Assembly: GCA_963746845.1 (NCBI GenBank)
Contig: CAVVCZ010000004.1
Coordinates: 576,001-640,000, forward strand
Direction: 5' to 3'
Source: an uncultured Chloroflexia bacterium
GTDB taxonomy: Bacteria > Chloroflexota > Limnocylindria > Limnocylindrales > CSP1-4
DNA length: 64,000 nt
Shown here: piece after piece, positions 39,650 through 48,946 of the stretch
Numbering within the stretch: position 1 is the stretch's first letter
Layout: each line of letters starts with the position of its first letter
Translations under genes and position numbers: made by a program
Notes under the pieces: generated by a model
Told to the model about the DNA's origin: nothing
The model's database searches: none
The model's input: the letters and a program-made list of their open reading frames with translations, nothing else

Positions 39650-40999
39650 GTGACCGCCGCCGGGGAGCGGCTCCTCAGTGTGGAGGAGGCGCGCGCCGCG
39701 GTCCTCGCCGCGGTCCCGGGTCCGACGGAGTCCGAGCACGCGTTCGTCTCGGAGGCGCGCGGCCGGGTCCTGGCCGAGGACGTGATGAGCCTGACCGCGC
39801 TTCCGCCCTGGGACAACTCGGCGATGGACGGATACGCGATCCGGGCCGCCGATGTGGCCAGCGCGACGGAGACCGAACCGATCCAGCTCGACGTGATCGG
39901 CGAGGTCCGGGCCGGCGCGGCCCCGGAGACGACCGTGAATCGCGGGACCGCGATCCGGATCGCCACGGGGGCCCCGGTGCCGCCCGGAGCCGACACGGTC
40001 GTCCAGGTCGAGCTGACGACGCCCGCCACCGCCGATGGGACGCCCACCGGCGAGCGGGGCCGGGTCGCTGCCGGGTCGCTGCCGGTGGCGGTTCTGGTCC
40101 ATGCGGCCCTCGCGGCCGGAACCAGCATCCGGCGCGCCGGCGACGACCTGCCCGAGGCGGCGACGATCCTGTCGGCCGGGACGCGTCTGACGCCGGCCGC
40201 GATCGCCCTGATCGCGGGTTCCGGCAACGATGCGGTGCAGGTCCACCGACGGCCGCGGATCGCGATCCTCGCGACGGGGGACGAGGTCCGGCCGGCGGGT
40301 CGCGAGCTGGGTCCGGCGGGCATCCCCGACGCCAACGGACCGGGGCTCGCGGCGCTGGCCGAGGAGGCCGGCGCGGTCGGCTTCAACTACGGGATCGCCG
40401 CCGACCGGCTGGAGGATGTCCGCGCGCGACTGCGCGCCTCGCTGGCGGGCGAGGTCGAGGCGTTGATCGTGTCGGGCGGCGTCTCGGTCGGACCGTACGA
40501 CGTCGTCCGGGCCGCCTTCGAGGAGGTCGGCCGGATGGAGCTGTGGCGGGTGGCCGTCCAGCCCGGCAAGCCGTTCGCGTTCGGGGTCGTGGATCGCCGG
40601 GACGGCGGGCGGACGCTCCTGTTCGGGTTGCCCGGAAACCCGGTCTCGACGTTCGTGACCTTCGAGCTGTTCGTCCGACCGGCGATCCGCGCGCTGTCCG
40701 GCATCCCGGCGAACCGCCTCCTGCGGTCGACGGATCGGGCGATCCTGCGCGACGACGTGTCCAAGAGCCCGGGCCGGCGGGCCTACCTCCGGGTCGTGAC
40801 CGAGCGGGATTCGGCGGGATCGACCGTCCGCGACAAGGACGGCCGCGTCCCCGTCCGTCTGGCCGGCGGCGGACGCGGGCAGGGCAGTCATGTCCTGTCG
40901 GCGCTGGCGCTGGCGGACGCGCTCGCGATCGTGCCGGAGAGCGTCGACGCGCTGCCCGCCGGTTCGCCGGTCGACCTGTGGTGGCTCGACCGCGACTGA
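39650..40999 (+). CDS. moeA: Molybdopterin molybdenumtransferase
   Basis: SAMDGYA, TGDE, SGGVSVG, QPGKP and GLPGNP. Confidence 0.95.
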   Translation: MTAAGERLLSVEEARAAVLAAVPGPTESEHAFVSEARGRVLAEDVMSLTALPPWDNSAMDGYAIRAADVASATETEPIQLDVIGEVRAGAAPETTVNRGTAIRIATGAPVPPGADTVVQVELTTPATADGTPTGERGRVAAGSLPVAVLVHAALAAGTSIRRAGDDLPEAATILSAGTRLTPAAIALIAGSGNDAVQVHRRPRIAILATGDEVRPAGRELGPAGIPDANGPGLAALAEEAGAVGFNYGIAADRLEDVRARLRASLAGEVEALIVSGGVSVGPYDVVRAAFEEVGRMELWRVAVQPGKPFAFGVVDRRDGGRTLLFGLPGNPVSTFVTFELFVRPAIRALSGIPANRLLRSTDRAILRDDVSKSPGRRAYLRVVTERDSAGSTVRDKDGRVPVRLAGGGRGQGSHVLSALALADALAIVPESVDALPAGSPVDLWWLDRD

Positions 41000-41045
41000 C
41001 GGCACACCGCGCCGAGGCGGCACCCGAGCGCCGATACTACGGGCC

Positions 41046-41672
41046 ATGGCCAAGGACCCCACCCCCCGCGTCGAGCGGCGCCGCCTGACCCATGTCGATC
41101 GGCGCGGACGGCCGCGGATGGTCGACGTCTCGGAGAAGCCATTGACGGCTCGCCGTGCCGTGGCGGAGGCGGCCGTGGCCGTCAGCGACGAGACGATGAG
41201 CCTCGTGATCGACGGCGGCGGGCCGAAGGGTGACGTCCTGGGCGTCGCGGAGCTCGCCGGCGTCATGGGGGGCAAGCGGACGAGCGAGCTGATCCCGCTG
41301 TGTCATCCGCTCGCGCTCACCGACCTCGTCGTCGCCGTGACGCCGGATCGCGCCGGCGGCGTCCTGCGGGTCCGCGCCGAGGCCGCGACGACCGGTCCGA
41401 CCGGGGTCGAGATGGAGGCGCTCACGGCGGCGAGCGTCGCGGCGCTGACGATCTACGACATGGTCAAGGGCGTCGAACGCGGCGTCGAGATCCGCTCGGT
41501 CCGGCTGGTCTCGAAGACCGGCGGAAAGAGCGGGGAGTGGCACCGGCCGGCGGACCAGGCGGCGGGGAGCGGTGGATCCGGCGGTCCCGGCACGCCGTCC
41601 GGGCGCCATCGCCCGGGGGCACGGACGGCCGGCCGGATCGGGGGGCCGAAGCGACACGGGTCGAACGGGTGA
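41046..41672 (+). CDS. moaC: Cyclic pyranopterin monophosphate synthase
   Basis: MVDVSEK, LIPLCHP, TGVEMEA, YDMVK and KTGGKSG. Confidence 0.95.
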   Translation: MAKDPTPRVERRRLTHVDRRGRPRMVDVSEKPLTARRAVAEAAVAVSDETMSLVIDGGGPKGDVLGVAELAGVMGGKRTSELIPLCHPLALTDLVVAVTPDRAGGVLRVRAEAATTGPTGVEMEALTAASVAALTIYDMVKGVERGVEIRSVRLVSKTGGKSGEWHRPADQAAGSGGSGGPGTPSGRHRPGARTAGRIGGPKRHGSNG

Positions 41673-42199
41673 CCGAAGACGCGGGCGCGAAACGCACGGC
41701 GTTGGTGCTCACCGCCAGCGACCGCAGTGCGGCCGGCACCCGCGAGGACGCGAGCGGTGACGCGCTCGCCGAGCGATTGACCGGGCTCGGGTTCACGGTC
41801 GAGCGGGAGGTCGTGCCGGATGACCGCGCCCGGATCGCCGCGCGGCTCCGCGCCGCCGCCGAGCGCCACCCGCTCGTCGTCACGACCGGCGGGACAGGCC
41901 TCACGCCGCGCGACGTGACCCCGCAGGCGACGCTCGACGTCGTCGACTACGAGGTGCCGGGGCTGGCCGAGGCGATGCGCGCCGACGGCCGGGCGAAGAC
42001 GCCGTTCGCCTCGTTGAGCCGCTCGGTCGCGGGGGTGTGCGGGCACACCCTGATCGTGAACACGCCCGGCAGCCCGAAGGCGGCCCTCGAGTCGCTCGAC
42101 GCGATCGTGCCGGTGCTCGACCACGCCCTGGAGACGCTCGCCGGGCCGTTCGACCACGGGGCGGGGCTCGGCACCGCCACCGGCAGCGAGGTCCTGTAG
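41669..42199 (+). CDS. moaB: MogA/MoaB molybdopterin adenylyltransferase
   Basis: SDR..REDASG, TTGGTG..RDVTP and NTPGSP. Confidence 0.9.
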   Translation: MTEDAGAKRTALVLTASDRSAAGTREDASGDALAERLTGLGFTVEREVVPDDRARIAARLRAAAERHPLVVTTGGTGLTPRDVTPQATLDVVDYEVPGLAEAMRADGRAKTPFASLSRSVAGVCGHTLIVNTPGSPKAALESLDAIVPVLDHALETLAGPFDHGAGLGTATGSEVL

Positions 42200-44350
42200 G
42201 TGTTCCCGGCATTCGAGCACGTCCCCGCCTACCCGCTCGCCTTCATCGTCTTCTGGGGCGCGGCCGCGATCTTCGCCCTCGCGATGGCCCGCCACCTCCG
42301 CGTCTTCGCTGCCGCGCGCCCGGCCATCGCCCAACCGTCGCCGCTCGGCGACATCCCGCGACGGTTCGCCGGCCTGATCGAGTACGCGTTCGTCCAGACG
42401 AAGATGTTCAAGGACTGGCACGCCGGGCTGATGCATGCCGGGATCTTCTGGGGCTTCGTCCTGCTGACGATCGGGACCGCGAACATCGTCACGGGCGGCC
42501 TGATCCAGTCGATCCTGTCGATCCCGCTGGACGGCGCGTTGTGGGCCGCGATCTCGGCGATGCAGAACGTCGTGGCGGTGATCGTGCTCGTCTCGATCGC
42601 CTGGGCGTTCGAGCGCCGGCTGATCTCGAAGCCGCGACGCCTCACGTACAACCGCGACGCGCTGATCATCCTGTTGATGATCGGCGGCGTCGTCGCCACC
42701 GAGCTGTTCGCCCAGGTCTTCGAGGTCGCCCGCTACGGGGACGTCCCGGGAGCGTTCGTCGCCAACGCCCTCGGCGGCGCGCTGTCCGGCCTCCCGCCGA
42801 CCACGCTCGAGATCGCCTTCGTGATCCTGTGGTGGGCGCACATCGCCCTGGTCGCAGCCTTCCTCGTCTACCTGCCGTTCAGCAAGCACCTCCACATCGC
42901 GACCGCCTTCCCGAACATCTGGTACCGGAAGCTCAAGCCGCGCGGCGAGCTGCCGGCGATGGACCTCGAGCGTGAGGACGCGACGTTCGGGCTGAAGTCG
43001 CTCCAGGACCTCGGCTGGAAGGACCTCCTCGACGGGTTCACGTGCACCGAATGCGGCCGGTGCCAGGCGGCGTGCCCGGCGAATGCCACCGGCAAGCCGC
43101 TGAACCCGAAGGCCTTCATCATGGGGATCCGGGACCTCTCGGTCGACGCCGAGCACGGGCTCGACCTGATCCCGAACAACCCGATCGTGCGCGACACCTA
43201 CGGCCTCGACAATTCGACCCCGGCTCCTGCCCGGATGGCAGCCGCGATCGTCGACGAGGCGATCCCGTACGACGCCGTGTGGGACTGCGTGACGTGCGGT
43301 GCCTGCGTCGAGGCCTGCCCGGTGCTGATCGAGCACGTCGACAAGATCGTCGGGCTCCGCCGGAACCTCGTGCTGGAGGAGTCGCGCTTCCCGGCGGAGC
43401 TGACGGGCGCGTTCCGCGGGATGGAGGGCCAGGGCAACCCGTGGGGCCAGCCGGCCTCGACCCGGACCGACTGGACGAAGGGCCTGCCGTTCGAGGTCCC
43501 GACCGTCGCCTCGCTCGCGGCGTCACCCGGCGGGCTGGACGGGCTCGAGGTCCTGTACTGGGTCGGCTGCGCGGCCGCGTTCGACGAGCGGAACAAGCGG
43601 GTGGCCCGGGCGGTCGCCACCTGTCTGAACGCCGCCGGCATCCGGTTCGCGATCCTCGGGCAGGAGGAGTCGTGCACCGGCGACCCGGCGCGCCGGATGG
43701 GCAACGACTACGTGTTCCAGATCCTCGCGTCGGGCAACGTCGAGACCCTGAACCGGTACGGGATGGGGCAGCGGACGATCGTGACGGCGTGTCCGCACTG
43801 CTTCAACACGATCGGCAACGAGTACGGCCAGCTGGGCGGTTCGTACCAGGTCGTCCACCACTCGACGTACCTGCAGGGGCTCCTGGCGGACGGCCGGCTG
43901 CGGGTCGCGGCCGACGGCGCGGAGGCCGCGGGCTCGGTGACGTACCACGACTCGTGCTACCTGGCCCGCTACAACGGCGTGATGGCGGCGCCACGCGACG
44001 TGCTGGGCGCCGTGCCGGGCCTGGAGCTGCGTGAGATGGAGAAGAGTGGCCGCAACACGTTCTGCTGCGGTGCCGGCGGCGGCCGGATGTGGATGGAGGA
44101 GACGCGCGGGACGCGGATCAACGCCGAGCGGACGCGTCAGGCGCTCGAGACCGGCGCGTCGACGGTGGCGACCGCCTGCCCGTTCTGCATGACGATGCTG
44201 AAGGACGGGCTGAGCGATGCCCAATCCGCGGCCGGCTCGGCCGAGCCCGGTGCCGGCGTCGTCAGCGCGCGCGACGTCGCGGAGATCCTCGCCGACGTCG
44301 TGGTCGCGGCGCCGGTCGATCCCCGGCGGGCGCTGCCGGTCCTGCAGTAG
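42200..44350 (+). CDS. Membrane Fe-S oxidoreductase, FadF/HdrD-like
   Basis: N-terminal TM region, CTECGRC..CP, CVTCGAC..CP and two CCG domains. Confidence 0.9.
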   Translation: MFPAFEHVPAYPLAFIVFWGAAAIFALAMARHLRVFAAARPAIAQPSPLGDIPRRFAGLIEYAFVQTKMFKDWHAGLMHAGIFWGFVLLTIGTANIVTGGLIQSILSIPLDGALWAAISAMQNVVAVIVLVSIAWAFERRLISKPRRLTYNRDALIILLMIGGVVATELFAQVFEVARYGDVPGAFVANALGGALSGLPPTTLEIAFVILWWAHIALVAAFLVYLPFSKHLHIATAFPNIWYRKLKPRGELPAMDLEREDATFGLKSLQDLGWKDLLDGFTCTECGRCQAACPANATGKPLNPKAFIMGIRDLSVDAEHGLDLIPNNPIVRDTYGLDNSTPAPARMAAAIVDEAIPYDAVWDCVTCGACVEACPVLIEHVDKIVGLRRNLVLEESRFPAELTGAFRGMEGQGNPWGQPASTRTDWTKGLPFEVPTVASLAASPGGLDGLEVLYWVGCAAAFDERNKRVARAVATCLNAAGIRFAILGQEESCTGDPARRMGNDYVFQILASGNVETLNRYGMGQRTIVTACPHCFNTIGNEYGQLGGSYQVVHHSTYLQGLLADGRLRVAADGAEAAGSVTYHDSCYLARYNGVMAAPRDVLGAVPGLELREMEKSGRNTFCCGAGGGRMWMEETRGTRINAERTRQALETGASTVATACPFCMTMLKDGLSDAQSAAGSAEPGAGVVSARDVAEILADVVVAAPVDPRRALPVLQ

Positions 44351-44389
44351 GTCGCCCTCACCAGTCGCCGGGGCCTGCGCGGGGCGAGG

Positions 44390-44614
44390 CTAGCCGGGCA
44401 GCTGCTCGTGGCAGCTGATGCAGTTGCGGTCCGTCCACAGGTTGTACATCCCGCAGTTCGGACAGCGCGTCTCGCCCTCGGTCGACGTCGCATAGGGGCT
44501 CACGCGGTTGCGGGCGTCGCGATCGTGTCGCTGGCGGCGGACGATGAACGTCATCGCGACGACACCGACGGCTGCGGCTCCCACCATCAAGAGCAGCTCC
44601 TGGGTCAGGTTCAT
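44390..44614 (-). CDS. Small TM plus zinc-ribbon protein
   Basis: GGAGG RBS; TM followed by CPNC-x10-CISC. Confidence 0.7.
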   Translation of the reverse strand: MNLTQELLLMVGAAAVGVVAMTFIVRRQRHDRDARNRVSPYATSTEGETRCPNCGMYNLWTDRNCISCHEQLPG

Positions 44615-44754
44615 GCCGGAACCTCCGCGACTGGAGCGCGCACCCGGGCGGCCGCTCGCCGCGTTGCGGAACAGCCTACCCGCTCGACCCCAAGACCGGC
44701 CAGGAGCGGCCTGGCGTCGACTGAGTGCACCACGCCGCTGCTACGATTCGGCCC

Positions 44755-45948
44755 ATGGCACGCTCGAACCCGCCCGCCGAGCCCCCGCCGAGCCCCACCT
44801 ATCGTCTGACCGACGACCAGTCCGCGCTCCGTGACGCCGTCCGCGTCCTGGCGGATGAGCGGATCGCGCCGCGCGCCGCGGAGATCGACCGGACGGCCGA
44901 GTTCCCGTGGGACGTCAAGGAGATCCTTGCCTCGCACGACATCCTGTCCCTCCCGTATCCGGCGTCGCACGGCGGCCTCGGCGGGGAGCTGCTGACGGTC
45001 TGTCTCGCGATCGAGCAGATCAGCCGGGTCTGTGCGACGAGCGGCCTGATCCTCGCCGTCCACGAGCTGGCGAGCCTGCCGCTCCTCCTCGCCGGGACCG
45101 ATGAGCAGAAGGACCGCTGGTTCCCGGACCTCGCCGCCGGGGGCAAGCTGATCGCGTTCGCCCTCACGGAAGCCGAGGCCGGCAGCGATGTCACGGCCGG
45201 CCGGACACGAGCGGTTCGCGACGGCGACGACTGGATCCTCGACGGCTCGAAGCGGTTCATCAGCCAGGGCAGCGTTGCGGACCTGATCACGGTCTTCGCG
45301 GCGACCGACGACGCCGAGGACACGCCGCGACATCGTCGGATGAGCTGTTTCATCGTCGAGAAGGACATGCCGGGCTTCGTCGTCGAGCGGGTCGAGCACA
45401 AGATGGGGATCCGCGGCTCGCCGACCGCCGAGCTGAGCTTCACCGGCGTCCGCGTCCCGGACGCGAACCGCGTCGGTGACGTCGGCCAGGGCTTCGAGCT
45501 CGCCATGCGCACGCTCGACCGCAGCAGGCCCGGGATCGCCGCGCAGGCGGTGGGCATCGCCCAGGGCGCCCTCGACGTCGCGGCCGCCTATGCCCGCGAA
45601 CGGACCCAGTTCGGCAAGCCGATCGCCGAGTTCCAGATGGTCGGCGCGATGCTCGCCGACATGGACTCACAGACGGAGGCGGCGCGGCAGCTCCTGTACA
45701 AGGCCTGCACGGAGATCGAGGCCGGAGCACCGGACGCCGGACGCTGGTCGGCGATGTGTAAACTCGTGGCCGGTGACACCGCGATGCGGGTGACGACGGA
45801 TGCCGTGCAGGTGCTCGGTGGGTACGGCTACATCGACGAGTTCCCGGTCGAGCGGATGATGCGCGACGCCAAGATCACCCAGCTCTACGAGGGGACCCAG
45901 CAGATCCAGCGACTGGTCATCGCTCGGGCACTCACCGCTCCGCGCTGA
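44755..45948 (+). CDS. Acyl-CoA dehydrogenase
   Basis: FALTEAEAGSD, KMGIRGS, RTQFGKPI, GGYGY and YEGT. Confidence 0.95.
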   Translation: MARSNPPAEPPPSPTYRLTDDQSALRDAVRVLADERIAPRAAEIDRTAEFPWDVKEILASHDILSLPYPASHGGLGGELLTVCLAIEQISRVCATSGLILAVHELASLPLLLAGTDEQKDRWFPDLAAGGKLIAFALTEAEAGSDVTAGRTRAVRDGDDWILDGSKRFISQGSVADLITVFAATDDAEDTPRHRRMSCFIVEKDMPGFVVERVEHKMGIRGSPTAELSFTGVRVPDANRVGDVGQGFELAMRTLDRSRPGIAAQAVGIAQGALDVAAAYARERTQFGKPIAEFQMVGAMLADMDSQTEAARQLLYKACTEIEAGAPDAGRWSAMCKLVAGDTAMRVTTDAVQVLGGYGYIDEFPVERMMRDAKITQLYEGTQQIQRLVIARALTAPR

Positions 45949-45995
45949 TCGGCCCGACCCACCGCCCGCGACCGTCGAACGGAGGCCGCCCGCTC

Positions 45996-46784
45996 GTGCA
46001 AATCGTCGTTCTCGTGAAGCCCGTGCCGGACACGGCGTCCGGCGGTGAGCGCCTCCGACCCGCCGACTGGCGGCTCGACCGGGCCGCGACGCCGGCGGTC
46101 GTGAACGCAAACGACGAGTACGCGCTCGAGGCGGCGTTGAAGCTGACCGAGGCCCACGGCGGAGAGGTGGTGCTCGTCTCGATGGCCGGCACCGGCGCGC
46201 CCGAGACGATGCGCAAGGCCCTCGCGATGGGCGCCGCGAGCGGCGTCCTCGTCACGGACGACGCGCTCGGCGGCTCCGACACGGTCTCGACGACACGGGT
46301 CCTGGCCGGCGCGCTCCGCGGCATGGACTACGACCTCCTGCTCGCCGGCGCCGACTCGTCCGACGGCGGGGCGGGTGTCGTGCCGGCCGGCGTCGCGGTG
46401 CTCCTCGGGCTGCCGTACCTCTCGTACGCGGCGAAGATCGAGCCGGACCCGGCGGCGGGCCGGGTGCGGGTCCACCGGATCAGCCCGACCGGCTACGACG
46501 TCCTCGAGGCCCCGATGCCGGCGCTGGTCGTCGCGACCCAGGCGCTCGGCGAGCCGCGCTACCCCTCGCTGAAGGGGATCATGGCGGCCCGCTCGAAGAC
46601 GGTCGAGACGAAGGGTCTGGCGAACATCGGGGTCGACGGTCCGGTCGGCGGCGCGGCCGCGACGACGGCGGTCCTCGGGGCGGAGGCGCCGCCGCGGCGT
46701 GCCGCGACCCGGGTCGTCCGCGAGCCGGCAGAGCAGGCCGGGCGGACGGTCGTCGCGTTCCTCGCCGAGCGGAGGATCATCTGA
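45996..46784 (+). CDS. etfB: Electron transfer flavoprotein beta subunit
   Basis: VKPVPD, ALAMGA and PRYPSLKGIM. Confidence 0.93.
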   Translation: MQIVVLVKPVPDTASGGERLRPADWRLDRAATPAVVNANDEYALEAALKLTEAHGGEVVLVSMAGTGAPETMRKALAMGAASGVLVTDDALGGSDTVSTTRVLAGALRGMDYDLLLAGADSSDGGAGVVPAGVAVLLGLPYLSYAAKIEPDPAAGRVRVHRISPTGYDVLEAPMPALVVATQALGEPRYPSLKGIMAARSKTVETKGLANIGVDGPVGGAAATTAVLGAEAPPRRAATRVVREPAEQAGRTVVAFLAERRII

Positions 46785-47761
46785 TGGCGGGAGCCATCTG
46801 GGTCCACGGCGAGACGGCGCCGGACGGGAGCCTCGCGAAGATCAGCACGGAGGTCGCGACGCTGGCCCGGTCGCTCGGCGCGGCGGCCGGCCGCGACGTC
46901 GTCGGGGTGGTCGTCTCGGCCGAGCCGGCGGCAGCCGCCGCGGAGCTGGCCGCATTCCTGCCTCGCGTCCTGGCCGTCACGGAGCCCGCGACGAAGGACC
47001 ATGCCGCCGCCTCGATCGTCGGTGAGCGGCTGGCCGGGCTGATCGCGACGCACGGCGCCGCGTACCTGCTCGCCGGAGCGGGACCCGAGGGTCGCGACGT
47101 CGCGGGTGTCGTGTCCGCGTTGACGGGCTGGGGCGTCCTGGTCAACGCGACCGCGGTGCGCTGGGCGGATGGCCCGGTCGTGTCGATGAGCGTCTTCGGC
47201 GGCAAGCTCAACACCACGAGCCGGCTCACCGCCGACACCGGGATCATCACGATGCGCCCCAACACGGTGACCGCCGAACCGGCCGCCGCGACAGGCTCGG
47301 TCGAGACCGTCGGGGTCGCCGGCGAGCTCAGGCTTCCTCGCGTCCCGATCGTCGACCGGGTGGCCGCGGCGACGACGGCGGCACCGATCGAGGAGGCGAG
47401 GATCATCGTCGCCGGCGGTCGCGGCGTCGGCGGTCCCGACGGCTTCAAGGTCGTGGAGGAGCTCGCGGACGCGCTCGGGGGAGCCGTCGGTGCGACGCGG
47501 GCCGCCGTGGACTCCGGCTGGATCCCGTACGCCCAGCAGATCGGCCAGACCGGCAAGATCGTCAAGCCCGCGTTGTACCTCGCGCTCGGGATCTCGGGTG
47601 CGATCCAGCACAAGGTCGGGATGCAGACCGCCGAGACGATCGTCGCCGTGAACCGCGACCCGGATGCCCCGATCGCGGAGTTCGCCGACCTCGTCGTGAT
47701 CGGCGACCTGTTCGAGGTCGCGCCGGCCATCCTCGCCGCGCTCGCGGCGCGGGACGGCTGA
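46784..47761 (+). CDS. etfA: Electron transfer flavoprotein alpha subunit
   Basis: GGRG, GATRAAVD, QIGQTG and GISGAIQH. Confidence 0.95.
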   Translation: MAGAIWVHGETAPDGSLAKISTEVATLARSLGAAAGRDVVGVVVSAEPAAAAAELAAFLPRVLAVTEPATKDHAAASIVGERLAGLIATHGAAYLLAGAGPEGRDVAGVVSALTGWGVLVNATAVRWADGPVVSMSVFGGKLNTTSRLTADTGIITMRPNTVTAEPAAATGSVETVGVAGELRLPRVPIVDRVAAATTAAPIEEARIIVAGGRGVGGPDGFKVVEELADALGGAVGATRAAVDSGWIPYAQQIGQTGKIVKPALYLALGISGAIQHKVGMQTAETIVAVNRDPDAPIAEFADLVVIGDLFEVAPAILAALAARDG

Positions 47762-47786
47762 TCGGGCCGGAGCCACGAACCCCGAG

Positions 47787-48344
47787 ATGCAGCCACTGCT
47801 CGCCCTCCCGCTGCTGGCGTTCTTCATCCTGCTGGCCCTGTTCGGGCTCGTGCTCCGGCGGGCCGGGCGGTTCCTTGCCGCGACCCGCGACGTCGAGAAG
47901 TTCCGCCGCCAGATCGGCGACCTTGGCGGGCGGATCGAGACGTCCCTCGGCGAGGTGTGCGTCCGCGTCGACTCGCTCCGGCGCGGCCAGCTCGATGCCG
48001 AGGCCATCGGCGACGACCTGACCGCATCGCTCGACGCCGTGGAGCGCTATGCGGACGAGGCGCGGTCGCTCCATCCGCCCGCGGCAGGCGCGCCGATGCG
48101 CGACGAGATCGTGTCCGAGCTGGAGCGGGCGCGCCGGGCGCTCGAGATGATCGAGCACGGCCGGTCGATCCAGGCTGCGGCGCGCCACGGCAGCCGCGAG
48201 GTCGAGGCGCAGACCTCGATCAAGCGCGGCTACCTGAACGTCCTCCATGCCCGTGAGGCGATCGTCCGCCAGACGGAGCTGGCCCGCAACGTCGGCATCG
48301 ACACGAGCGCTCGCGACTTCGAGCAGCGCAACCGGCCTGCCTGA
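47787..48344 (+). CDS. Hypothetical protein, N-terminal TM plus helical domain
   Basis: 185-aa ORF with genome-typical codon usage. Confidence 0.7.
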   Translation: MQPLLALPLLAFFILLALFGLVLRRAGRFLAATRDVEKFRRQIGDLGGRIETSLGEVCVRVDSLRRGQLDAEAIGDDLTASLDAVERYADEARSLHPPAAGAPMRDEIVSELERARRALEMIEHGRSIQAAARHGSREVEAQTSIKRGYLNVLHAREAIVRQTELARNVGIDTSARDFEQRNRPA

Positions 48345-48365
48345 CCCGGTGCGGCGGGATCGAAG

Positions 48366-48414
48366 ACCCGCTATCTAGTGGTATCATCGGGCGACACCAC
48401 AACCGGTTGTGGTG
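48366..48414. promoter_or_regulatory. Tandem NrdR boxes flanking a -10 element
   Basis: ACCCGCTATCTAGTGG (48366) and CCACAACCGGTTGTGG (48397), 31 bp apart; TATCAT at 48382 between them; directly upstream of nrdR. Confidence 0.75.
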
Positions 48415-48432
48415 CGACCAGCAGGAGCCTCG

Positions 48433-48933
48433 ATGCGCTGTCCACATTGCGGGGCCCGGGAGACCCGGGTCGTCGACTCGCGAGACCTCGACGATTCCGC
48501 GACGATCCGGCGCCGTCGGGAATGCACCGCGTGTGCGACCCGGTTCACGACCTATGAGCGGGTGGAGGCCGCCCGGCTGGTCGTCATCAAGCGCGACGGC
48601 AGCCGCCAGGAGTTCGACCGGGAGCGCCTGGCATCGGGGCTGCGCAAGGCGCTGACGCGCCGGCCGGTCGCCGAGGACGCGGCCGAGCGGGCCGCCGACG
48701 AGATCGAGGCCGAGCTGCGCTCGCAGGGCGTCACGGAGGTCGATTCGTCGCGGGTCGGGACGCTCGCGCAGGACAAGCTCCGCGAGCTCGATCAGATCGC
48801 CTACATCCGCTTCGCCAGCGTCTACCAGAGCTTCGACGATCTCGAGGCCCTGAAGCGCGAGGTGGACTCGCTCTATGCCGAGCGCGACGTCGTCGCGATC
48901 GACGTGCGCCACGCCGGCAAGCACGGCCGCTGA
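48433..48933 (+). CDS. nrdR: Transcriptional repressor NrdR
   Basis: [21 protein letters not shown] and AYIRFASVY. Confidence 0.97.
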   Translation: MRCPHCGARETRVVDSRDLDDSATIRRRRECTACATRFTTYERVEAARLVVIKRDGSRQEFDRERLASGLRKALTRRPVAEDAAERAADEIEAELRSQGVTEVDSSRVGTLAQDKLRELDQIAYIRFASVYQSFDDLEALKREVDSLYAERDVVAIDVRHAGKHGR

Positions 48934-48946
48934 TCGACCGAGCCCG

